Origin: a virus | Taxonomy: Duplodnaviria > Caudoviricetes | DNA: 35,321 bases | IMG/VR virus record: IMGVR_UViG_3300043416_000007 | Location: 1-35,321 of that record | Strand: one strand, 5' to 3' | Part shown: positions 18,049 to 25,906 of the stretch, piece by piece | How positions within the stretch are numbered: position 1 is the stretch's first letter | How the letters are laid out: every line of letters starts with the position of its first letter | Notes under the pieces: generated by a model | What the model saw: the letters and a program-made list of their open reading frames with translations, nothing else | Database searches by the model: none | What the model was told of the DNA's origin: nothing | Translations under genes and position numbers: made by a program

Positions 18049-19476
18049 TTATGCTACGCGAGGCAGATTCCTGCGCAGCGGCTTGTTCCAGGACACCTTC
18101 GCACCGCCAAATGCACCGATTACCGCGTCTGAGGCAAACGTCAGGCAAAAGGCGTCTGCGCGGTCAGGACTCGGGAAACCGCGCTTTCTGATCTCGTCCT
18201 TGCCCTCAATCTGAATCTTTCCGCTGGACGTGAACGAATACCGCACGATGGCCAACTCTGCCACCAAAGCCTCGTCCTTAGGCATCTTGCAGTCACGCCC
18301 CTCCAGCCATGCTTTGGCCTTGTGCCATAACTCAGCCTTCAGATTCCGGTACGTCGCGCCCATCGCGGGACTCTCGGACACGTTGATGCCGCGACAAGGC
18401 AGATTCAGTTCCCGCAGCCTGTCAACCACTCCCGCGCCCAGGCCGATGCTATCCACCAGGATTTCCATTGGCCTCTCTGACGGCGGCAGCGCCTCATACT
18501 CGGAGACCACCGCGCCCGTGAGTTGCATCAGGTCTAGGTTCTTCCAGGTCTTGATCGGCTCGGTCACGGCGTTACCCTTGCGCTTGCAGAGTGCCGACCT
18601 ATCTGATCCAAACCGCGCAACGTCCAGACCCCAGACCATTGGCGCCGACTGACTCGGCTCAACGTCCCTCTGCTGCGCCATCTCCAATAACTCCATAGGG
18701 ATGACAGTATCGTCATCTGAACGCGGGAACTCCCCCAGCACCCTGATCCGGTAGGCATTGCTCTCCTCGCCGTAGCGTGCCGCCATCTCCCCCAGGTACG
18801 CCTCAGACACGCGGGGGGAGTCGGCGCACGACACCTTCATCGTCACCCAATCATCCTTCAGCCGGTTGTGGGTGTCGTAAAAGAAACCCGTACTGCGCAC
18901 CGGATTACCCAGCAACAGCGTCACCGCCTTGTGACCCGACATCGAGCCTGCTGCTGCTTCAAACACCGCCTCGGGGATGCCGGACGCCTCGTCGGCCACC
19001 AGCATGACGTTGTCGCTGTGAACGCCTTGCAATGCTTCTGGTTGCTCTGCGCGGCTAGTCCTGGCCGATATGAACGCCTCGTTGGGTGCCTCCTTGACCT
19101 CAACCCTGTCCTGCTTGACATCCAACTGATCGGCCAGCATGGGCGGCAACTGCTTAACCCAGCGCTTCAGTTCCGCGAACAGTGCGTCGTAAAGTTGGCT
19201 TGACGTTGGCGCTGTAACGACAACCTTTACAGGAAACCGCAGGAACAGATACCAGAGCATTGCCCAGGCGCTGGCGGTTGACTTCCCCACGCCGTGGCCG
19301 GAGCGCACGCTAATGCGTCGGTTTCCAGCCGCAATGTGATTCAGAAACTCTACTTGCCAAGTGTCAGGCTCGGTGTTCAGCACCTCGCGCACAAACAGCA
19401 CAGGGTCATTCCGATACCGCAATGCGAACTCAATGAACGGGTTATCGGGAACTTCCAAATTTTTTTTTGTAACCAT
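18049..19476 (-). CDS. terL: terminase large subunit
   Basis: Walker A SGHGVGKS, Walker B LVADEASG, coupling motif GNP, nuclease GLDVARFG.D and SPD.ADA. Confidence 0.95.
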   Translation of the reverse strand: MVTKKNLEVPDNPFIEFALRYRNDPVLFVREVLNTEPDTWQVEFLNHIAAGNRRISVRSGHGVGKSTASAWAMLWYLFLRFPVKVVVTAPTSSQLYDALFAELKRWVKQLPPMLADQLDVKQDRVEVKEAPNEAFISARTSRAEQPEALQGVHSDNVMLVADEASGIPEAVFEAAAGSMSGHKAVTLLLGNPVRSTGFFYDTHNRLKDDWVTMKVSCADSPRVSEAYLGEMAARYGEESNAYRIRVLGEFPRSDDDTVIPMELLEMAQQRDVEPSQSAPMVWGLDVARFGSDRSALCKRKGNAVTEPIKTWKNLDLMQLTGAVVSEYEALPPSERPMEILVDSIGLGAGVVDRLRELNLPCRGINVSESPAMGATYRNLKAELWHKAKAWLEGRDCKMPKDEALVAELAIVRYSFTSSGKIQIEGKDEIRKRGFPSPDRADAFCLTFASDAVIGAFGGAKVSWNKPLRRNLPRVA

Positions 19477-19628
19477 AGTGCGTTGTTAGGTAGGGGGTAG
19501 GGGGTCAGTGGAAACGTTCATCCGGTAGGTGTTTAGGTGCTGCCACAACCGCCCCGCCGCCACGGCCAGACGGGGGGGGGTCGGGCGCCGCCGGCCAGGG
19601 AGCGGCCACCTGGCGACGGGCTGCAGCC

Positions 19629-19637
19629 TGTGGACAA
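19629..19637 (-). promoter_or_regulatory. DnaA box, one mismatch (TTGTCCACA)
   Basis: 8/9 match to TTATCCACA; shares the flanks C...CT with the two perfect boxes. Confidence 0.55.
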
Positions 19638-19682
19638 CTCAGCACGCTGCGCGTCCCCTCTGACGCTGCGCTATGGTGCGCG

Positions 19683-19695
19683 TAACCCGTTGATT
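19683..19695 (-). promoter_or_regulatory. IHF binding site
   Basis: AATCAACGGGTTA matches WATCAANNNNTTR exactly. Confidence 0.6.
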
Positions 19696-19740
19696 CGATT
19701 GAGTATTCTGCTGCGCGTCTGAACTTAGTTCATCTGCGCT

Positions 19741-19768
19741 ACTTAATACAGTGTCCATTATGTGAATG
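19741..19768 (+). other. dif-like XerCD recombination site
   Basis: ACTTAATACAG-TGTCCA-TTATGTGAATG; 11-6-11 layout; XerD arm 8/11 and spacer 4/6 identical to E. coli dif. Confidence 0.55.
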
Positions 19769-19817
19769 AAAACAGGGTGTTTATGCCTGTTTCTGCTTAA
19801 TCCTTGAGCAAATGCAC

Positions 19818-20264
19818 TCATTCTGTGGATAACTTAGGCACTGCATCTGTGGATAACTGCTCGACCACCTCGACATGGCGCAGCGCCTCCATGCGCAAAC
19901 CCTGGATGCTGATGTTCACGGCCTGCGCTTTGTCAGTGCCGTAGGTCTTCCGATCCCAGCGTTCCGCGAGCCACTGGCGCGTTCTGATGCGCTGCACGTC
20001 GCGCTGGCCGTTGTCCACGTCCATGCCGTCCGCTATGGCGAGTGTCTCGCAGGCGAGATGCGAGGCCGCTTCCACCCGCGCGCGCGTTATTTTAGCCTCA
20101 TAGTCGTTGTCCGCTATCCACGTATCGAGCGCACGCCGTCCGATGCCTAGGCCACGGCATATGTCTGCCTTGCTGCGTCCCTCTTCAAACATCGACAGGA
20201 TTAACTCGTCATCGATGTCCTCCAGCAGCGCAATGTCTGCCCTCACTTTCGGATTCCCAGGCAT
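19818..20264 (-). CDS. terS: terminase small subunit
   Basis: N-terminal HTH, Y..AR...A......IAD and RI.TRQWLA.R.....YG pattern; upstream of terL. Confidence 0.75.
   Translation of the reverse strand: MPGNPKVRADIALLEDIDDELILSMFEEGRSKADICRGLGIGRRALDTWIADNDYEAKITRARVEAASHLACETLAIADGMDVDNGQRDVQRIRTRQWLAERWDRKTYGTDKAQAVNISIQGLRMEALRHVEVVEQLSTDAVPKLSTE
19824..19856 (-). promoter_or_regulatory. two perfect DnaA boxes in direct repeat (19824-19832, 19848-19856)
   Basis: TTATCCACA twice, 24 bp apart, within the 13-bp repeat TCTGTGGATAACT. Confidence 0.7.
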
Positions 20265-20327
20265 TAGACGGCCCTCCAAGCGCGTTTAGCTGGTGCAAGC
20301 ACCTTACCTACCACCTCGCCCCATAAA

Positions 20328-20975
20328 TCATGCTGTACGCTCATTTCTAGCCCTTTCTGCTGCCTTTGTGTCGAACAACTTGCCACCCTTGAATGGCTTA
20401 CTGATGTCGATGTCGTTTTCCATCTCCTCAAACCCGCTGGAGCCTTGCGGCGTCACGGGAACCATTGTCGCGCTTGGAATCGCCGCCTTGATGTCTCTCA
20501 CTTGCTTGAGTGTCGGACCCGTCATCACCACTTCAAGTTCCGCGAGTGTCCAGATCGATCTCGCGCCTGGCGCCTTGCGGAACTGCTCGTACCAGGTCGC
20601 TGTTCTTTTATCCCTGACGATGACCATCAGGCTCCCGTCGGCCATCCGGTGTTCCATGCAGTCAATTTTAGGCATTTGCTCAATGCCTGCCTCAGTCGCC
20701 CACCTGGTAAGCGCCTTGTACGCTGAGATCATTCCCCTGATGGCTTTCTCTAGCCGTTCCTCGTCCCGCGCCTGGCTGGCCTCCCAGATGCGCTCCCGCT
20801 GCGCGTTGAACTTCCTTCGGAACTCGGCATCCACCAAATCAATCACTCGGTCTATCCCGTAAACCCGTTCATGGTCCATTTTTGCGGTTTCCATCTCAAC
20901 CATGAGCGAATGCTCAAAGACTTTGAAATGGTCGCTCGGATACACGTCAGTCTCCAACAATTTCTTCGATGCCAT
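20328..20975 (-). CDS. hypothetical protein
   Basis: Likely start MASKK at 20975; the track's upstream extension runs through the origin repeats. Confidence 0.75.
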   Translation of the reverse strand: MASKKLLETDVYPSDHFKVFEHSLMVEMETAKMDHERVYGIDRVIDLVDAEFRRKFNAQRERIWEASQARDEERLEKAIRGMISAYKALTRWATEAGIEQMPKIDCMEHRMADGSLMVIVRDKRTATWYEQFRKAPGARSIWTLAELEVVMTGPTLKQVRDIKAAIPSATMVPVTPQGSSGFEEMENDIDISKPFKGGKLFDTKAAERARNERTA

Positions 20976-20988
20976 CTCTAATCCTTTA

Positions 20989-21206
20989 CCTAGGCAACTT
21001 ACACAAAACAATTTCCGAGGTAGGCAACCTAGACAACTTACAACTTGCATTAAGCAAGTTGTTGTAAGTTGCCTAGGTTTTTACCCTTTCCTGTACAACT
21101 CGCTACCTAGGCAACAGTCTAGATTTACCCATCTTGTCTAGGTTTTTCAAACATAAGTACATAGGCAATTGCCTAGATTTCACATAGGCAAGATGAAAGT
21201 TGCCTA
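20989..21206. repeat. putative replication origin: about 10 TAGRCAA iterons in both orientations plus a long hairpin
   Basis: TAGGCAA/TTGCCTA at 20991, 21021, 21069, 21108, 21162, 21169, 21185, 21200; variants at 21030, 21134; directly downstream of the primase-helicase. Confidence 0.8.
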
Positions 21207-23282
21207 TCAAAATGGACTCACAAACGGCTCATCTTTGTCCTTGTCGGGGTAGATTACCCAGCAATATTCAGCCATTTCGGTCTTGTGGTAACCCACTAAT
21301 TTCTTCTCAAACATGGCGTTTTTGCCACGATACCAGTCCGTGTCTATGCTCTTGCTGTCGCCCTTGCGCTTCACAAATGATTCGCGCCACTCGCTCAACA
21401 TCACCGTCTTGTGACGCTCGTTACCTACGCTTGTCATATGCCCATTCTTCTCAATGGCATCGTGGATTGACTCGTAGGCCGCCAACTGGTTCCCATATAG
21501 CTTGCGTGGTTTTGCCTGGCGCTCTACTGATTGCTGCTGCATATCCTGCTTGAGCGCCTCGTCACTGGCTCTAACCGCCAGGCTGATCTGCGCCTCGCTG
21601 ATACCCAATTGGCTCGCTTGAATCTCCACCTTCACCATCTCAAAGCCGATTTTGACTCCCGTCTCGCCGTCCTTCATCTTGGTGATGTGGATCAATCCTG
21701 ACCCAGCCACATCGCTGGCGGCATTCGGAACTGAGTCCAGCTTGATAAGTTCAAGCTGCGAATCGCACGCACCTAAGAGACTGCTATGCCCTCGAGCACC
21801 TTGCTCTTTGTTTTTTCCGCTGTGATGCACCACCATCAGGGCGCAGTTAAGCATCCTCTGAATCCTGCCGGTGTTGTGAATGAATGCTCCCATGTCTTGA
21901 CTGTCATTCTCCTGGCCGCCACCAAATGCTCTGGCTAACGTGTCAATCTGGACCATTTCAAACTGGACACCGGTGCGCTCAATCAAATCCTTTATGGATG
22001 CCATTAATAGATCAAAGTCATCAACGCTCGATCTCAGGTTGATGGCGGCTCTCAGCACATAGATTTCGGCTCCAGCTGCGGTCTTGTTGTGCAACTTGGC
22101 GGCCTTGATGCGAGCGCCTATACCCCCATGCCCCTCACCAGCAATGATTAGCACTCCCCCTGGCGTTGGGACATCGCGCCCCATCCACGGCCTGCCAGTT
22201 GCTACAGCCTCTGCCATATCCAGAGCCACAAATGACTTGTATGAGCCAGGTGGTCCAAAGAGTAGGCAAAACCCTTTGGCGGGTAACACCCCATCTATTA
22301 AGTATTCAACCGGCTCGTCCTCAATGTCATCCCAAGCCTCAATGTTGAGCAACTGCCGTGGTACAAGAATTGGTACAACCGTACCCATATCGGGTTCAAT
22401 TGGGTATTCTATTGGGTCAACCGTTTCCCGTGGAACAATCCACTTTGGCGTCTGCACCTGGTCAACGCTGGTAATAACCGGCAGCGCCTTGGCTAGTTCT
22501 GCCAGCTTGGCCCTATCACCGCCATCCGCAACCCACTCGTATGCATCGTCACCTAATTCGGGCAGGTTGAAGTCGAGCACTCGCACAGCTTTGGCGACTG
22601 GTAAGAGCGCCTCCACCACCCGCCTGGCGTACTTCCAACCAGGCGCATCGCAATCAGGGACTACGATTACAACTGCGTTGGTGAAGTATTGGGTGATGTC
22701 TGCCGGCCAGTGGCCTGCACCAGCGTGAGACGTAGTGGCAATGGCACCTATGCTGACCAAGGCATCCGCTGCCTTCTCGCCCTCCACCAGATAGATGGCG
22801 CGGCCAGCTTCCTTAGCGTTGATAAGTTCCGGCAGGCGGTAAGGCACTATCCTTGCCCCTGTCATGCTGCCCTGCCTACGTCCTGCGGCATCCACCTTGT
22901 GCAGCGAATACGTCTTGCCCTTCTCGGTGTTTGTCTTGAACCGGCGCTTTACGAATAGCGTCTCGCCTGACTCGTCTTTATATTCCCACTCCTGCTCCAG
23001 CGTTGGCATAGTCATCAATTCACCTTTAATGAGCGCGAGACTGTACTCCTGGCGCTGGATGCTTGGCAATAGGTTGCGTTCCCGTACAGCGTCAAATACC
23101 GAGTGCTGGTCGCAACCACCGTGGCAATGAAATAATAATTTCCCATTGTCTTCCTTGATGCTGAGACTCGGGTTCTTGTCACCATTGCCGCGTCCGTGGC
23201 CAGCTACAGGGCAACTCGCAAGCCAGTTCCCGTTTACCTGCTTGGCGTTGCCTAGCGCCTTGGCTATGTGTTCTGTGTCCAT
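21207..23282 (-). CDS. primase-helicase (Zn finger + TOPRIM + RepA/AAA_25 helicase)
   Basis: CP..H....D.NPSL...HCHGGC; LVEGEK.AD; PD.D.PG; GPPGSYKS; IDTLAR; VHHSGK; RGHSSL. Confidence 0.92.
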   Translation of the reverse strand: MDTEHIAKALGNAKQVNGNWLASCPVAGHGRGNGDKNPSLSIKEDNGKLLFHCHGGCDQHSVFDAVRERNLLPSIQRQEYSLALIKGELMTMPTLEQEWEYKDESGETLFVKRRFKTNTEKGKTYSLHKVDAAGRRQGSMTGARIVPYRLPELINAKEAGRAIYLVEGEKAADALVSIGAIATTSHAGAGHWPADITQYFTNAVVIVVPDCDAPGWKYARRVVEALLPVAKAVRVLDFNLPELGDDAYEWVADGGDRAKLAELAKALPVITSVDQVQTPKWIVPRETVDPIEYPIEPDMGTVVPILVPRQLLNIEAWDDIEDEPVEYLIDGVLPAKGFCLLFGPPGSYKSFVALDMAEAVATGRPWMGRDVPTPGGVLIIAGEGHGGIGARIKAAKLHNKTAAGAEIYVLRAAINLRSSVDDFDLLMASIKDLIERTGVQFEMVQIDTLARAFGGGQENDSQDMGAFIHNTGRIQRMLNCALMVVHHSGKNKEQGARGHSSLLGACDSQLELIKLDSVPNAASDVAGSGLIHITKMKDGETGVKIGFEMVKVEIQASQLGISEAQISLAVRASDEALKQDMQQQSVERQAKPRKLYGNQLAAYESIHDAIEKNGHMTSVGNERHKTVMLSEWRESFVKRKGDSKSIDTDWYRGKNAMFEKKLVGYHKTEMAEYCWVIYPDKDKDEPFVSPF

Positions 23283-23306
23283 GTTTTTGTTCTCAATTTT
23301 TAGAGG

Positions 23307-23335
23307 AAAAAAAACCGGTGGGGATCAGCCACCGG
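23307..23335 (-). terminator. Rho-independent terminator between the SSB-like and primase genes
   Basis: Minus strand CCGGTGG-CTGATCC-CCACCGG followed by T8. Confidence 0.8.
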
Positions 23336-23350
23336 CCACCAGATTACTGG

Positions 23351-23920
23351 TTAAAAGAACTCTTCGTCATCCATCACGGGCGCAGGCGCTGGCTTGGCCT
23401 TGCGTACAGGTGCTGGCTCCGGCTCAAACTCGTCACCGCCATCAGGATTCATTCCAGCGGGACGCGCTACCCACGACACCAGCTTGAAGTTCGGCACTCG
23501 GGTGTTGCCCTTGCCAACCTTCTCGGCGGTAGAGTTGACGTACTCAATGACCGGCAGCTTTCCATCAAAGTCATCGGCAGCTTTCTCGCACTCGTTGTAG
23601 ATTTTCTCAAACCCTTTGCATGGCCCGTAAGCGTTCGCCGACCAATCGACCAGGCCAAGTTCCTTTGAGTACAACGTCACCACAAACCCGCGCTTGTAGC
23701 CCTCACCAGGTGACTGGCTCTTAGCGCCCAGCACCAGATCAGGCTGCCAGTCGCGTACACCAGCGCCAATCATCAGCCAGCCAGTCTGCACAGACTCCAA
23801 GTCCATCACCACCTTCTTGAGTTGTATTTCCTCACTGTCGCGGTTTGTCCAAGCGTTAGCCTGTGGCGCAAAGCGGATGTAGCTATTCCCAGATCCATTG
23901 TTGTTTGAAAGATTTAGCAT
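23351..23920 (-). CDS. putative single-stranded DNA-binding protein
   Basis: Beta-rich body, Pro/Ala linker and acidic-aromatic tail DDEEFF; between nuclease and primase. Confidence 0.6.
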   Translation of the reverse strand: MLNLSNNNGSGNSYIRFAPQANAWTNRDSEEIQLKKVVMDLESVQTGWLMIGAGVRDWQPDLVLGAKSQSPGEGYKRGFVVTLYSKELGLVDWSANAYGPCKGFEKIYNECEKAADDFDGKLPVIEYVNSTAEKVGKGNTRVPNFKLVSWVARPAGMNPDGGDEFEPEPAPVRKAKPAPAPVMDDEEFF

Positions 23921-23954
23921 TTCAGTTCCTAAGTTTACGGGCTTTCGCCCAAAG

Positions 23955-25010
23955 TCAGATGTCAGAGGATTCCAACATCTTTGCCAGAGTCAGTCCACTT
24001 GAGACCTTCTCTGTCAAATCGTCGAGCAGATGCCGGTCATCTTTGCTCAGTAATTTCTCAGCTTGCGCTGGCGTGATTGGCTCACTCTTGTACAACTTGG
24101 CGGTTTCAATTGGCAAGTCGCTGATGTCGATGTCTGCCTTCCACTTGCGGATGGCACGCTTCGGAACCAAATGCCAGCCTGGTACTGTTGTACCACCCGC
24201 CAATCGCATAGTCGCATGGCCACGCAGTTCCTCGTAGAAACCTTCCACTAGGTCGGCCTGCTCCAACCAATAAGCAATCTCAGTCTCGCTTAGTTCCTTG
24301 GTTGGCTTGATTGGTACCGCTGCCGCCTTCTCTTTGAGGGCTGGGCAGTGTAACTTGGCGGGGCAGTACTTGCAGGCATCGCGTGACGGTGTCGGGTAGG
24401 CATTCATGGTCGCAATGTCGTTGACCGCTTTCATTAACTCGTTATCACGCCACTGCAGCAACTCGTACAGGCTCATCTCGTGAGTGCGGTTGACGCCAAC
24501 CTGTGGCTGAACAATCGTTAGGCGAATCGTCTGGAAGTCGCCCAATGCCTTCATCATGGCGAGAGCGTAAATCTTCAACTGCGCAGAGTCAGCGTCAACG
24601 TAGTTGCGGCCCGTCTTCAAGTCCACGATTTCCATGATCGAATCCTTAACGTTGTACCCGACAACGTCGCACGTCCCTGCCAATTGCAACTGCATGGTGT
24701 CGAGCACCGTCCCGTGCTGCTCCACCAGGACTCGTCCGAGATCAGTCTCTAGGCGCTTGATGGTGTCCAGGTGTAGTTGCGCGAATTCCGCATTCTGCTC
24801 GGTGATGCGGATTCCCTCCACCAGCGTACCGATGGAGTTCTTCGGGTCATCCTCTGTCTGCCAGCACGTCTCGGCCAAGGCGTGAATAGCTGTCCCGGTT
24901 TGCGCTGCCTCACCGGACGGTGACTCGGGAATGCCGACTGACAGGTGGACACTGGCAGGGCAAGCCATCCAGCGTGATGCTGCTGACGGCCTCAGTTTGA
25001 TACGTTCCAT
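23955..25010 (-). CDS. Cas4-like PD-(D/E)XK nuclease (DUF2800)
   Basis: S...RW..CP.S, GT..H, GTCD, DLKTG, QL.IYA, C.YCPAK..C. Confidence 0.88.
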   Translation of the reverse strand: MERIKLRPSAASRWMACPASVHLSVGIPESPSGEAAQTGTAIHALAETCWQTEDDPKNSIGTLVEGIRITEQNAEFAQLHLDTIKRLETDLGRVLVEQHGTVLDTMQLQLAGTCDVVGYNVKDSIMEIVDLKTGRNYVDADSAQLKIYALAMMKALGDFQTIRLTIVQPQVGVNRTHEMSLYELLQWRDNELMKAVNDIATMNAYPTPSRDACKYCPAKLHCPALKEKAAAVPIKPTKELSETEIAYWLEQADLVEGFYEELRGHATMRLAGGTTVPGWHLVPKRAIRKWKADIDISDLPIETAKLYKSEPITPAQAEKLLSKDDRHLLDDLTEKVSSGLTLAKMLESSDI

Positions 25011-25213
25011 TTTTCTCTTTCTCTTTCCAAGTCATTGTTGATGATTATGTAAGCCTGCTTGCGTACCTCATTGGTGACCGCGTGACCCAGGTCATCAGGG
25101 TCTAGCAGGCGCTTTAGAAGCACAGTCTTATCGCGTGATGATTCGCGCTCACGCTCTAGCTGAGTCCCCAGCCAGATGATGTGTTCGCGCATGGTTTTGA
25201 GTTCGTCAAGCAT
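24992..25213 (-). CDS. hypothetical protein
   Basis: Overlapping operonic ORF; LLDPDDLGHAVT.EVR. Confidence 0.75.
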   Translation of the reverse strand: MLDELKTMREHIIWLGTQLERERESSRDKTVLLKRLLDPDDLGHAVTNEVRKQAYIIINNDLEREREKWNVSN

Positions 25214-25679
25214 TGCGTGTTATGTACCAATAAGCGATCAAAGCAGCGTCTGCGCGGCCATCGTCCTTCGCACGCTTGAACAATTCAGCGCGTGTCGGGA
25301 ACAGTTCCATCGCACGCATACGGCTGGCATCCTTGCCCGCTGCGCGGCCTACAGCCTTTGTCCAAGCGGCAGGGGTAACGTAGGTGCTTGGCATCCGCAA
25401 GGCGGCTACAACGCCTTCTATGATGCCTGCTGACCGCCCAAAGTTAAACATCGAACTCACGCCCTGACCAGGCATCGCGCCTACCTTCTCCACCACAACG
25501 TGAGCGGTTGGATACAGTTCCAAGATGTCGCGTAATGTGACGGCGCTGATATGCCGTTTCTTTGTCTTGCCAGAGTCCACTTCCAATGTAGGCATATCCA
25601 CTACGCTGTGCAATACGTTGTTTCTAAATATGGCAATTGCGCCACTGATACCTGGGTCAATTCCGATGGTGTGACTCAC
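25206..25679 (-). CDS. RuvC-like Holliday junction resolvase
   Basis: IGIDPG, VVEKV, F.FG...G, P..W.K, DGRADA.LIA; GTGA overlap start. Confidence 0.85.
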   Translation of the reverse strand: MSHTIGIDPGISGAIAIFRNNVLHSVVDMPTLEVDSGKTKKRHISAVTLRDILELYPTAHVVVEKVGAMPGQGVSSMFNFGRSAGIIEGVVAALRMPSTYVTPAAWTKAVGRAAGKDASRMRAMELFPTRAELFKRAKDDGRADAALIAYWYITRNA

Positions 25680-25906
25680 TGCTGGCTCTCCTTCTGTAGC
25701 ATCAGCAGCCTGACTTCCACCAGCGCATCGCAAGCCTCTTGCAGCTTGATGACTGCGCTGTACAGTGGCACTACCTTGCCGGTGCTCCAGCGGCTCACCT
25801 GGGCCTTGTCAATGTTTGCCGCGTATGCGACATCCGAAAGCGTAAAGCCTGACCGTTCCGCTTTTTCGCGTATGACTCGGATTGCTTGTTGTGTACTGGA
25901 TTCCAT
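25676..25906 (-). CDS. XRE/Cro-like HTH regulator
   Basis: TLSDVAYAANIDKAQVSRW.TG...P; first gene of the leftward operon; AGGAG upstream. Confidence 0.85.
   Translation of the reverse strand: MESSTQQAIRVIREKAERSGFTLSDVAYAANIDKAQVSRWSTGKVVPLYSAVIKLQEACDALVEVRLLMLQKESQQ

Noticed and set aside
19460-19468. A9 run near the terL start as a phase-variation or frameshift site
   Set aside because: The frame is intact and no useful alternative frame is evident; cannot be supported without reads
19495-19502. KOPS octamer GGGTAGGG pointing toward the dif-like site (another at 25963-25970 on minus)
   Set aside because: A few copies are expected by chance in 35 kb, and one at 27479-27486 points away
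19639-19821. 60-aa ORF after terS
   Set aside because: Runs through the dif-like and IHF motifs with no protein features; better explained as cis DNA, although its ATGA overlap means translation is not excluded
20976-21050. N-terminal extension of the 20328 ORF
   Set aside because: It merely translates the origin repeats (SCLG units)
20989-21206. Repeats as a CRISPR or mini-array linked to the Cas4-like gene
   Set aside because: Units are 7-10 bp, in mixed orientation and irregularly spaced; DUF2800 is a common stand-alone phage nuclease
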